Below, one piece after another: positions 39,493 to 49,351 of a stretch of DNA of 64,000 bases. The notes beneath the pieces were generated by a model that worked only from the letters and a program-made list of their open reading frames with translations, was not told the origin of the DNA and did not search any database. The DNA comes from a virus (lineage: Duplodnaviria; Caudoviricetes): the IMG/VR virus record IMGVR_UViG_3300042268_000564. The stretch is one strand, 5' to 3'. Both the position numbers and the translations under genes were made by a program. Each line of letters opens with the position of its first letter. The stretch's first letter is position 1.

Positions 39493-39658
39493 TTTTCTTT
39501 CTCCTGTATTTTTGAGATTTATTTTGCCAAGCAATAAAAAAGACAATGGCAAGAAATAATATCCATTTAGTAAAATCATGCCATTCAGTCCCTTGAGCTT
39601 GCCATGTTAGCGAAACAAGGAAAATAAAAACGATTGTAGTTATTAGCCCTTCTAACAT
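39425..39658 (-). CDS. Small two-TM protein with basic tail
   Basis: Two hydrophobic segments; ATG 6 nt after a -10 box. Confidence 0.5.
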   Translation of the reverse strand: MLEGLITTIVFIFLVSLTWQAQGTEWHDFTKWILFLAIVFFIAWQNKSQKYRRKKNAGSSYRRRSSHNYKKRNKYKR

Positions 39659-39702
39659 ATTGGTATTATATGAGGTAAGATACCAATGTCAATGAGAAAA
39701 AA

Positions 39703-40161
39703 ATGATTGTATTAACCTCTTTCAGAAAAGCGAAACATTATCAAGGGCAAAAGTTTTCTATTGCAAGATTTCAACCTGCGGGGTTTGCATACCCTGAATT
39801 AGACTTCCTCGCTGCAACGGACGAGCATGGTGACAAGTTATTGTTAAGTCAGTTTAATAATCCCCTGCCAGATTATGAGCAAGCTCTGGCAAAAGGATAT
39901 AAGCAAAGATGGGCTAAGATAAAAGCATGGCTGGAATCTTTGACAGAGAAGGAAACAATTGTGTTATGTTGTTGGTGTCCTTATAGCCAATCTACAAAAA
40001 ATCAAATACGAGATTTCGGCAGTTTTTGCTGCCACAGTGGCATCATAGGCCAGATGGTGAATAAATACCGTCCTGATATTTCTATATTGATGGACGAAGA
40101 TAGAAAATATAAATTGGTAGAACGGTGGAAACCGATATACATAGAAGATGAAATTTTGTAA
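39703..40161 (+). CDS. Hypothetical protein, DUF488-like
   Basis: TS....FSIAR..P...Y...L...VLCCW..FCH-like pattern. Confidence 0.5.
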   Translation: MIVLTSFRKAKHYQGQKFSIARFQPAGFAYPELDFLAATDEHGDKLLLSQFNNPLPDYEQALAKGYKQRWAKIKAWLESLTEKETIVLCCWCPYSQSTKNQIRDFGSFCCHSGIIGQMVNKYRPDISILMDEDRKYKLVERWKPIYIEDEIL

Positions 40162-40181
40162 CAGGAGAATTGTAAGTTCAA

Positions 40182-40499
40182 ATGAGCAGTGCAAGGCTGT
40201 ATCTAAATGGTAGTGACGATTTCGACGGTGGTTCAGTAGTAAGATTCAAAAACAATAAAGGCTCCAAAAAGCCAATGATTGAAAAGCCAACAATTCACAT
40301 TAAAGGCACACACGAAACGCCTGATGAATTGGGCAAGGATATTTTTAAGGCTTTAAAAAAAGAGGGCTTTAAACAGCAGGCTCAAAATTTCAGACAAGAT
40401 GTGAATCGGTTATTGGAAACAAATGAAAATGCAACAGATTCTGACGTAATGCAGGTGGCTTACAAGCACTGTATATGCCATGTTGTGAGACATTCCTGA
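40182..40499 (+). CDS. Hypothetical protein
   Basis: SD AGGAG. Confidence 0.55.
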   Translation: MSSARLYLNGSDDFDGGSVVRFKNNKGSKKPMIEKPTIHIKGTHETPDELGKDIFKALKKEGFKQQAQNFRQDVNRLLETNENATDSDVMQVAYKHCICHVVRHS

Positions 40500-40665
40500 G
40501 TTCTAAAAAAGTCCAAAAATAATACTTTTTTGGCAAAAATTGGATAAATAATAAGGTGTGGCTTTTTTGCCACACTTTGTGCTGTACATTTGGAAAGTAT
40601 TTAATATAATAAACTTAGGATGTGCATAATGTTGTAGGCACTTACAAACAAGTTCTTGGAGGGGA

Positions 40666-40986
40666 TTGATTATGTGGATAGGATTTTTAAAAACTTATCA
40701 TATCCGTCAGACCTTTCCTGAAGTGTCTTCTCACAAATTTTTAAATAAACGTGCAGCCTATAAATGGTTCAGTAATACACAGACATTGATTGCAGGGAAA
40801 ATTGCGAAAATTATTAAGGTGCTTTATGAGGTGCCGGATGATTTGGTATTGCCAGATGATGTGATTCTTTCTTTGCCATTGCCAGTTCATAAAGAACATC
40901 TTTATGAGACATTTTTCTCTATTCATGCTGTAAATAAAAAATATGTTGTATTAGAACCGCCAAGTTCTTACAAAAAAAGTAAATAA
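40666..40986 (+). CDS. Hypothetical protein
   Basis: SD GGAGG; AAAGTATT upstream. Confidence 0.5.
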   Translation: MIMWIGFLKTYHIRQTFPEVSSHKFLNKRAAYKWFSNTQTLIAGKIAKIIKVLYEVPDDLVLPDDVILSLPLPVHKEHLYETFFSIHAVNKKYVVLEPPSSYKKSK

Positions 40987-41052
40987 TTGACAAGTCCACT
41001 TCTGCTTATATAATACGTAAGCAGAAGTTATTTTTTAAAAGGACATTTGTCA

Positions 41053-43674
41053 ATGAATTTAAGCTTTGAACCAATCGTTGTAGAAAGGTCGCAAGAATTC
41101 TCAGAAGCTCAATTCACAATAGGTGATATGGGTATAGTATTGGAAATATTGCGCAGTAAACTTTATTCTAACGCCATTCAGGCTTTTGTAAGAGAAATAG
41201 GCTGTAACGCAAAAGATGCCAATAAAGAAGCTGGACGAGAGAATATTCCCGTAAAGATTAAATTGCCAACAAAAGCAAGCCCAACATGTGACTTTATTGA
41301 TTGCGGGGTGGGAATTAATCAATCCAGAATGTATGATGTTTTTATCAATTATGGTAAAAGCACTAAGCGTAAAGACAAAGATGCAATAGGTGAATTTGGA
41401 ATCGGGGCAAAAACACCGTTCGCCTATACCAATGCTTTTACAATTATTACGACTGCTGCGGAGCCTGATGGCAAAGTTTATCGCTCGACTTATTCATCTT
41501 ATATTGATGAAAGCCGTTGCGGGAAATTGGCACTTATAAGTAGAGATGAGGTGCACGGTGATGCAACTACTGGCACTACGATTTCTATTCCAATACTGCC
41601 TGATGATTTTTCATCTGTAAAAAGTTTGGTTGAAAAGAATCTAAGATTTTGGGCAGTGCCACCTATTCTGATTGATGATGGAAAAGAATATCAGCTTGAG
41701 GGTGCTAATAAGACTCTTGCTCCTTACAAAGGGCTTAAAGCTGATTTCTACATTTTGAGTGGTGCCAGTAATGCCACTGTGTTAGCAGGGGAAATGCAAT
41801 ACCCCTTGAGGATAGAGGAGTTGTCAGGGGGTTTTAATAGTATTCCTGCTGAAAAATTCAAAATAACTGAATGGCAATTTACAGCTTTGAATGCAATGTT
41901 GAATTCAGGCATAATTCTCGCTTATCCCAATAAAGGTGTAGCTGTAGCAGCAAATAGAGAACAGCTTGATTACACTAATTACACGACTCAAACGATTGTG
42001 AATGATATGTTGCATTATATGAATCAGTATTTCGAGAATATTGGTCAGGATTTCAAAAAGCATTGCAATTCTTTGAATGAGGCTTATCAGTTTGTGATAG
42101 ATGCAAGAAATGCAAGTGGGCACCTGTTTGAAGCTTATTGTAAAAAAACTGAGGACAGCCCATTCGTTTATAAGCATTTAGACTTATTAAAAGTGCTTAA
42201 AAGTGCTGGTAAGATTAGCTTGGCTGATTTTATTGCGCCCGATGATATAGAGGCATTTAAAGAATGTTTTGAGGACAATAAAGAAAATGTCAAAGTAATC
42301 AGTGCTAAGGGTTTGCTTGTGAATGTGAAGTTAAAAACTTTTTTTAAAAGCATAGAAACTTTGAGCGGTTTTAAAAGCAGGGTTACGCAGCAAATCCCAC
42401 TCACAGAACAGATAATTTTGCTGGATAGAACTGCTAACAGAAACAAATATCTCAGGAAAATAGAGCATTACATAGCGACTACAGGAAAATACTCTGTAGT
42501 AATTGTCGATGCAGGTGGGATGTATTCTTTTGGTGATAAGTTGCTTGCCAAGCTTTTCTCAAGCCCGATAGCCAAAGAGTTCGGGGTGCTAACTATAGAC
42601 GACCTGCCAGACCCACCAGCTAGACCAAAACTTGTAAAGGAAAAAAGCAGAGCAAATAAACGGAATTTGGCTGCAACAACGATATTTGGTTATAGTTTTC
42701 GACAAGCTGATTTGCCTGATGAGGGTGAAGTTATTTATGCTTTGCGTAGTGGTTCTCAGTGCACTTTTAATATTTCTAAGGATTTGAAAAAGAAACGTCT
42801 TGAAGACATTAGTGTCGATATAGGCATTGAACCTGCCAAGCTATATTTGCATGGGCTTAAAGAATTGCTTGGGCAAAAAAGCATGATGCCTTATTTCCTT
42901 ACCAAGACAAGTATTCATCATATTCAAGAGACGGGTGACGAAAGATTCCTGACATGGTCTGAATATATAACCAGAGAATTTAGAAACAACGCAAGAACAA
43001 GACGCAGAATTATGCGTTTTATGATAAGTTCAGTCTTTAAACTTGCGGCAGTTTATTTCGACAATAATCATGCAGATTTTTTGAAACACATGTATTCAGC
43101 GGACGGCAAGAATAAAAAGTTATTGGGTAACTTTTGGTTGCTTTTGCAGATGTGGGAGTCAGCAGAAGCTGAACTGGACAAGTCTGCATATGGATATTAC
43201 AAAAACAATTTTAAAGCCAGTAAGATTTATATGGATAGAGCCGAGTTTGTGTCCGACAAGAAAGCTCGCCGTGCCACAGTGCCATTTATTTTTGGGATTA
43301 GACATCATCAATTTAATTCTAATGACATAGCAAGAATGAGAGATAAATCTGAGTTCCTGACTTTGTTAATGAATCTGTTAAAAAATGAGCCAGAGATAAA
43401 AGCCCTTAAAAAGGTATACAAAATAGCCAAAGAGCGGGACAAATGGACACCAGAATTATTAGCTAAAATCCCTGTATTCTTCAACGGAAAAGCCGTGTCG
43501 AGGTATTATAAAATAGACATGAAAAAGATTGCGAGATTTACCAAAAAGAACAAATTAAAAATCGCATCACATTTTGCAGTGTCACATGCAAGGAATTACA
43601 GTGGCGGCTTCACTCGCAAGGAGCCTGTTATCACATACCAATTGATAGATTTTTTTGAAAAACTGGAGGGCTGA
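41053..43674 (+). CDS. rIIA-like protein with GHKL ATPase domain
   Basis: ILRSKLYSN...VREIGCNA.DA, D.GVGI, YG.STK, IGEFGIGAK.PFAY, TGTTI. Confidence 0.85.
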   Translation: MNLSFEPIVVERSQEFSEAQFTIGDMGIVLEILRSKLYSNAIQAFVREIGCNAKDANKEAGRENIPVKIKLPTKASPTCDFIDCGVGINQSRMYDVFINYGKSTKRKDKDAIGEFGIGAKTPFAYTNAFTIITTAAEPDGKVYRSTYSSYIDESRCGKLALISRDEVHGDATTGTTISIPILPDDFSSVKSLVEKNLRFWAVPPILIDDGKEYQLEGANKTLAPYKGLKADFYILSGASNATVLAGEMQYPLRIEELSGGFNSIPAEKFKITEWQFTALNAMLNSGIILAYPNKGVAVAANREQLDYTNYTTQTIVNDMLHYMNQYFENIGQDFKKHCNSLNEAYQFVIDARNASGHLFEAYCKKTEDSPFVYKHLDLLKVLKSAGKISLADFIAPDDIEAFKECFEDNKENVKVISAKGLLVNVKLKTFFKSIETLSGFKSRVTQQIPLTEQIILLDRTANRNKYLRKIEHYIATTGKYSVVIVDAGGMYSFGDKLLAKLFSSPIAKEFGVLTIDDLPDPPARPKLVKEKSRANKRNLAATTIFGYSFRQADLPDEGEVIYALRSGSQCTFNISKDLKKKRLEDISVDIGIEPAKLYLHGLKELLGQKSMMPYFLTKTSIHHIQETGDERFLTWSEYITREFRNNARTRRRIMRFMISSVFKLAAVYFDNNHADFLKHMYSADGKNKKLLGNFWLLLQMWESAEAELDKSAYGYYKNNFKASKIYMDRAEFVSDKKARRATVPFIFGIRHHQFNSNDIARMRDKSEFLTLLMNLLKNEPEIKALKKVYKIAKERDKWTPELLAKIPVFFNGKAVSRYYKIDMKKIARFTKKNKLKIASHFAVSHARNYSGGFTRKEPVITYQLIDFFEKLEG

Positions 43675-43676
43675 CG

Positions 43677-44894
43677 ATGGTATTTAAAAATTTTATTCGT
43701 ACCGCAAAGCATATCATGATTGCTTTCGACACAAAGGTCTGGACTATCCCAAAAGGTGACCCGTATTTTGAAGCTGCAAATCGTTTCATCAATGAAGGAC
43801 AGACAGATGAATTGTCAGCCCTCTGCAAGTTGGCAGGGGAACACATAGAACCTGTTAAAATTCAGATATCTTCAGAGCAAGGACAAGCCAAGCCTGAGCC
43901 TAAAACAGTTATAAGCCGCACAGAAGATAAGGCTTATATCGTAGTAGACGGAATCAAAATGCCAGCAGTGCTTGGTAAGGCGATGCTGACTCTCATTACC
44001 AAAGGTGAATCTGTAGAATATTTGAAGAATTTCTGGAATCGTTTGAGAAAGAATCCTGATGAAAGCTCAAAGCAGCAGTTATACGGTTTTTTGAAAAATC
44101 ATCACATTACAATTCTTGATGACGGTTGCCTCTTGCTTTATAAAAGGGTAAGAGATGATTTCAGAGATTTTTACACTGGCAAAATGGACAATAGCCCCGG
44201 CATGGTTGTAAAGATGCCTCGTGAGAAGGTATTGAATGACCCGTCAAGGCATTGTGGTGAAGGACTGCATTGTGCATCGTTTGATTATATGCCTATTTAT
44301 CATGGTGGTCAGGGTAAGATTATTGAGCTGAGACTTGACCCGAAACATGTTGTGAGTATCCCTACCGATTGCAATGGCGACAAGTTGAGGGTTTGTGAAT
44401 ACAAGGTGCTGCGATTGTTCCTTGGTGGCGGTGTTAATGAGCCAGTGAGTAAAGAGCCAAAAGTTGTAAAATCGTCAAAACCGAAAAAGTCTAAGATGGA
44501 TAAACTCTTGAACGGCAAAGCTCGCAAGAAAGCAAGGTATGAGGCAAAACAGGCAATGCAGACTAAGCCAGTAGTTAAGCAGGGATTAAAGCCTGATACG
44601 AAGTTGCCGAAGATTAAGCTTAATTCTGACACTAATCGTGGCAGAGTGAGAATCCCAAGCAAGCTTATTATTGCGATTGGCGGGTCTTTTGGGGATACAA
44701 TTTACTGTGAATATACAAGAGGCAAAATTGTTCTCAGAAAAGAGCAGACCGCTGATTCGTCAAAATATGCATATACTATTAACAAGGACAACGGTTTCAA
44801 GCTTTCCAAAGATGTGCTTGTAGCCAGTGGGCTAAATAATGGCGAACTTTACGCTGAAGTTGTTGGCGATGTAATCCTTATCAAAGCCAAGTAA
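43677..44894 (+). CDS. rIIB-like protein
   Basis: FW.RL..NP...QLYGFL...DG..L.YK.VR.D...MPRE.V..DP...C..GLH...P..VVSIP.D...K.RVC.Y. Confidence 0.85.
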   Translation: MVFKNFIRTAKHIMIAFDTKVWTIPKGDPYFEAANRFINEGQTDELSALCKLAGEHIEPVKIQISSEQGQAKPEPKTVISRTEDKAYIVVDGIKMPAVLGKAMLTLITKGESVEYLKNFWNRLRKNPDESSKQQLYGFLKNHHITILDDGCLLLYKRVRDDFRDFYTGKMDNSPGMVVKMPREKVLNDPSRHCGEGLHCASFDYMPIYHGGQGKIIELRLDPKHVVSIPTDCNGDKLRVCEYKVLRLFLGGGVNEPVSKEPKVVKSSKPKKSKMDKLLNGKARKKARYEAKQAMQTKPVVKQGLKPDTKLPKIKLNSDTNRGRVRIPSKLIIAIGGSFGDTIYCEYTRGKIVLRKEQTADSSKYAYTINKDNGFKLSKDVLVASGLNNGELYAEVVGDVILIKAK

Positions 44895-44903
44895 AGCTTG
44901 CAA

Positions 44904-44938
44904 GAAAAAAGCCCCGACTAAGGGGCTTTTTTCTTTTT
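44904..44938. terminator. Bidirectional terminator
   Basis: GAAAAAAGCCCC-GACTAA-GGGGCTTTTTTC. Confidence 0.8.
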
Positions 44939-45371
44939 AGCCAATAAGTAGTAAAATAAATGGGTTCTGCGGGGTAAGCCACGGTAATAATTCATTGTAT
45001 AACACTTCCAAATAGCTTTGGGAAAGCAAAAATGCGTTGTCGATTGCCAAACATGAAAGTTTTGTCCCCCGTTTGTTCGATAAAGCGTCTGCGATAGTTT
45101 TTTTCTTATTGAAACGGATTTCACCATTTGCATTTTTAGTGAGAATGATTGTTGCTTGCGCTTCAGGAGCGTCTTTTTCAAATTTCTGAATGGACAAAGT
45201 ATGTCCCATCTCACGAGGGGCTTGCAGCCTGATTGTGGCATGTTCTCTGAGCCATGTAACAGAATCCATTGATTTGCGTGCCAACATGCCGTCAGGCGAC
45301 TGTTGTTGACGAATAGTTTCTCTGATGAGCGGAACGAGAGCTGTGTATATCAAGTTTCCTTTAAAAATCAT
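44937..45371 (-). CDS. Hypothetical protein
   Basis: SD AAGGAG. Confidence 0.6.
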   Translation of the reverse strand: MIFKGNLIYTALVPLIRETIRQQQSPDGMLARKSMDSVTWLREHATIRLQAPREMGHTLSIQKFEKDAPEAQATIILTKNANGEIRFNKKKTIADALSNKRGTKLSCLAIDNAFLLSQSYLEVLYNELLPWLTPQNPFILLLIG

Positions 45372-45431
45372 TTATAAAACTCCTTTGTTTTATCTTTATA
45401 TTACTTTGCAAAGATAAAGTGTTAGAGAGAG

Positions 45432-45677
45432 GTGTTTGAGATGGATGAGTTTGAAAATGATGATTTCGTTTTGGAACAAATCGAGTATGTGCGAGAGGTT
45501 GCAGCTTGCGCTAAAACTAACAAGCACTGGGACTCTTTGATTGGCTTCATGGCACGAATCATGTTTGCCTGTAGTGTGGAAGTTAAGCCAGCAGTAAAAG
45601 AGAAGTTTACAATATTATTTAATGAATATAAAAAGTGGAGACTGAAACAGAAGGCAGGAAAAGATGGGCAAGCGTAA
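45432..45677 (+). CDS. Hypothetical protein
   Basis: TAAAGTGTT upstream. Confidence 0.55.
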   Translation: MFEMDEFENDDFVLEQIEYVREVAACAKTNKHWDSLIGFMARIMFACSVEVKPAVKEKFTILFNEYKKWRLKQKAGKDGQA

Positions 45678-46059
45678 ACAAAAAAAGATAGTTTCGGGGA
45701 AAGATGTCTTAGCTATGCAGCTCGGACAAAAGTTTGCTGACGTGGTAATGAAGGCACTGTTTAATTATGCAAATAAATTAGCAGATGATAATCCCGAAGG
45801 TGTTGCAGCCGTAGTGATTAACGAAGGGGCAGGAAATTTCGCAATAGTTTCGGATGACACTATTGAAGTCTTTGATAGTATCAAGACGCCTGTTGCCTTG
45901 ATTAAGGATGTTGCTGGTGACGGAGAGCTTGCATGGCGTATTTGGCGTATATTTCAATCACATGGTGAGAAGGTTGCGAAGGGATTGGTGCCAGCTATAT
46001 TGTTCAGTAATTTTCATGGTGAATTTATAGCTATTGATAATGAAGAATCTGATGATTGA
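45664..46059 (+). CDS. Hypothetical protein
   Basis: Overlapping co-oriented ORF. Confidence 0.55.
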   Translation: MGKRKQKKIVSGKDVLAMQLGQKFADVVMKALFNYANKLADDNPEGVAAVVINEGAGNFAIVSDDTIEVFDSIKTPVALIKDVAGDGELAWRIWRIFQSHGEKVAKGLVPAILFSNFHGEFIAIDNEESDD

Positions 46060-46089
46060 CAAGTTATAAGTTGCATATATAATGAGTAT

Positions 46090-48037
46090 ATGAAAACTTA
46101 TCGTATGGAAGCAAATGGGGATAATCCTGTGCTTGTTGAGGATTTTTATGAAGACGCAATGGAGTCCTTGGATGTGAGAGACGAAGCCATTCCCGATGAT
46201 GCATTGGATTGTGATTTTGTTATTTATGCGTCTTATTTGAGCAATATGTTTACGTTCCATAAGGTAAAAATTTTTGATTGGTGTCGATACGAAACACGTA
46301 AAATACAGGAAAGAACATTAGACTTGTTATAGGAGGATACATGAACCCTAAACACTATAGACAATATGATGCGTCGGATATAGAATTTACCGTTGATACT
46401 GAATCTCTGCGTTCATGGGCTAAAGCTTGTGAGGGTGTTGGTGTAGCTGTCAAAGACGTTGAACAGGCTTTTCGGTTATTAAGTGACCATGTTAAGGGGA
46501 ATGTTTTTACCTTTGACTCTTATCCTTCTGTTCAAAAGGCTGAAATTCCTGCGCCTGACAAACGTGCGATTGAGATGATGTAAGATGCCAATATCGCCAT
46601 CAAGCGACCGAGCCACATTGTCCGAGATTCGAGTTAAGATATTAGCCGATTTATTCCAAAATGGATGTATTTCAAAACATTCATTGTTGGATTTTATGGG
46701 TTTTGAGGGTTTTAAAGGGATGAAAGCAAACTGTTGTTTTATTGATGATTGCTTTGAGTTCGGCAATAATAGACGTTCTTTGGAAGAGCAAGTTTGGGAT
46801 ATGTTGTGACCAAAAATTTTGACATTGATATTGTTGGTGAATTGGATTCCTCTGCCAGAGCCGAAATGCAGAAAGATGCAGAGGATATTATTGCTGCAAG
46901 AAAAGAAGCAAAGCTCAGACAAGAATTTCCAGACGAGTATGCGACTACTGGTTATGTTGATGTAGCAGCGCAAGGTTTAACATTTATATCATCTAGTGCA
47001 GTGCCTGCATTGCCGCAAGCGGGAATGGCGTATTATGATAATAATACAGGCAATATCCATATTTTTGATGGGAAAGATTGGCAGACATTAGCCTCTACGC
47101 CATGAAAAACTTTGATATCGAGTTGGCAAAAGAGTGTAATGCTGCTGCCGACAAATTACTGAGAGAGCTTGCAGCAGACATAATTTTGAAAAAAAGTTTA
47201 TTCCCAAGCTTGACAGAGATAAATCTTGAAAGCGGTATTCCAGCTCCAGTGAATAATAAGTGGAAATTTGTAGATTGGGCAAGTCCTATAATTATCCATA
47301 GAGGGAATGTCGATGTTTGACATTGATTTCGTTAGAGAGAATGATAAAGAGTTGCGTGATGCAATAAGGGATGAAATGTCCAAGATTTCCAAGCCAAGTG
47401 AACCTGAATTTGAGGAAGTGAATTTTAAGGGGCATCACCCTATTGTATTTCTTAATGGCGTGATGCAGATAGAGGGAACTGATTATGAACCTGTAATGTC
47501 GCCGGATGGGACTTTTACGGGGATTACTTTAACTACTTTCCCTGATGCTAATGATGAGCTTATAGTTAAATGGATTGATACAGACGACAAGGCTACCCCG
47601 CCCGTCGAGACGATGTTCTTTGCTTGTGTTCGAGGACGAGATATGAAAATTAATAGAATTCTATTTAAGGATTATAAAATATGAACGTGCCAATAAAAAT
47701 TAAACAAGATATCAAAGTTTTATATTTGCCAAAAGACAGGCTGCTGAACGGAGAATATGAAATAGAATTTTATCAAAATGGTCTATTGTTAAGTCTTGGC
47801 GAGGAATATAAATTAGTGCTGAGAGACACTAAACTTTACGCTGAATTTCTTTATCCTAATGATGGCGATGTGTTCAAAATGAGAATCCAGAGTCGTGTTA
47901 TTGATAGTTCTAATTTTGGAGCTTATATCTGTTGCTCGATGTTTTGTAAAAGATTTCATAACAAATCTAACTTGTTTTTTTCAGGGATTGTGTTAATAGA
48001 TGATGAAATAGCTAATATTGAAATGGACTTACTCTAA
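46090..48037 (+). CDS. Operon of seven small hypothetical ORFs (46090, 46341, 46585, ~46800, 47102, 47307, 47681)
   Basis: Tightly coupled ORFs after promoter 46056-46083. Confidence 0.55.
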
Positions 48038-49224
48038 TCCATTAAGCAAAAATCCAGCTCATTATCATAGAATTTTTTAATTCTATTCTCTGCAATCTTT
48101 ACATATTCAGGGCTAAGTTCTATTCCGATAAAGTTTTTATTTTGCTCCATTGCTACGATACCAGTAGTCCCAGAGCCAAAGAATGGGTCGAGCACGGTTC
48201 CACCTTCAGGACAGCCAGCAAGAATACATGGCGTTATTAATTCACGAGGATAAGAAGCGTAGTGTTTTTCATTATTGCCTTTAACAGCAATTGTCCAAAC
48301 GTCTCTGCGATTGCGCATCTCATCTACGTGCCTTTTCCCTAATTCCTTTAGACCATCTTTGTTGTGTCCGCCACATTCTGACCAAGTGAAATGATTTTGT
48401 CCGCCGGGCAGGTCACCAGCTCTTACTGATGGCTCTTTGATTGCATCATTGTTGAAATAATATTTTGGCTTTTTGCTGAAAAGGAAAATGTATTCGTGAG
48501 CACGGCTACAACGGTCTTGAACTGATTCAGGCATTGGGTTCCCGCTCCAGCCATGTTTGCAGGCATCGCCAGAAACACCTTTTGCCCAAATGATGTCTTG
48601 ACGTAAAATCCAGCCATCATCTTGTAGTGCAAATGCCACCCTCCAAGGAATTCCCAACAAATTCTTTGCAGGCAATTCTTTGGTCGTTTTTGTTAAGGTA
48701 CCAGTTGTAGAACCTTTATTTGTTTTTTGCATCTCAGAGCCGACTATTGAACCGTCGCTCATCATTCCCTTACCACTGCCAGCATAAGAATCACCTAAAT
48801 TGAGCCATAAAGTGCCTGATGGTTTTAATACCCTACGTATCTCTCTGAATACCACAGTGAGCTTTTCAAGGTATTCTTTCATTGTAAATTCAAGACCAAT
48901 TTGTTTGTCGATTCTTTTTGCGCCACATTTCTCACAGATATCTTTGTAATAGTAGCCATCTATTTTTGTTTCTTCTCGACTCGGACGATTTTGATTAAAC
49001 TCAGGATTGCCAAATTTCTTTGTTCTTGTTGGGTCAGCTACGTGGTCGCAATCAAGCGAACCACCCTCCCACGTAGACGTTCCATAATCACGAAGCCCAA
49101 GGTAGGGAGGCGAGGTTACACAGCAATCAACAGAGTTGTCTGGTAGTTGTTTTAAGACCTCTATGCAGTCACCGTTGATGATGGAGTTGGGTTCAATCGT
49201 GGGTGTTGTAGTGACGTTTATCAT
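48034..49224 (-). CDS. Beta-class DNA methyltransferase (SPPY, likely N4-C)
   Basis: TSPPY precedes DPFFGSGTTG. Confidence 0.92.
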   Translation of the reverse strand: MINVTTTPTIEPNSIINGDCIEVLKQLPDNSVDCCVTSPPYLGLRDYGTSTWEGGSLDCDHVADPTRTKKFGNPEFNQNRPSREETKIDGYYYKDICEKCGAKRIDKQIGLEFTMKEYLEKLTVVFREIRRVLKPSGTLWLNLGDSYAGSGKGMMSDGSIVGSEMQKTNKGSTTGTLTKTTKELPAKNLLGIPWRVAFALQDDGWILRQDIIWAKGVSGDACKHGWSGNPMPESVQDRCSRAHEYIFLFSKKPKYYFNNDAIKEPSVRAGDLPGGQNHFTWSECGGHNKDGLKELGKRHVDEMRNRRDVWTIAVKGNNEKHYASYPRELITPCILAGCPEGGTVLDPFFGSGTTGIVAMEQNKNFIGIELSPEYVKIAENRIKKFYDNELDFCLMD

Positions 49225-49265
49225 TTAAACATATCCAATTCTTCAAATTTGTATACTTTTGCCAT
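49221..49265 (-). CDS. 14-aa micro-ORF MAKVYKFEELDMFK
   Basis: SD GAGGT; its TGA overlaps the MTase ATG. Confidence 0.45.
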   Translation of the reverse strand: MAKVYKFEELDMFK

Positions 49266-49291
49266 ACAATCGTTTACCTCTGCTATACAAT

Positions 49292-49351
49292 CTTGTTCAT
49301 TTTTTAATTTTGTTCACAAAAAATGAACAAGCATTTTTTGTGAACAAAATT
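49292..49351. repeat. Two overlapping perfect inverted repeats (14 and 20 bp)
   Basis: 49292-305/49318-331 and 49306-325/49332-351. Confidence 0.85.

Noticed and set aside
39425-39658. Holin call for the small two-TM protein
   Set aside because: Topology fits, but it is under an early-type promoter and not next to a lysin; insufficient support.
40500-40665. ncRNA in this intergenic gap
   Set aside because: Only a short hairpin (GTGTGGC/GCCACAC) and weak pairing; explained by a terminator plus promoter motif.
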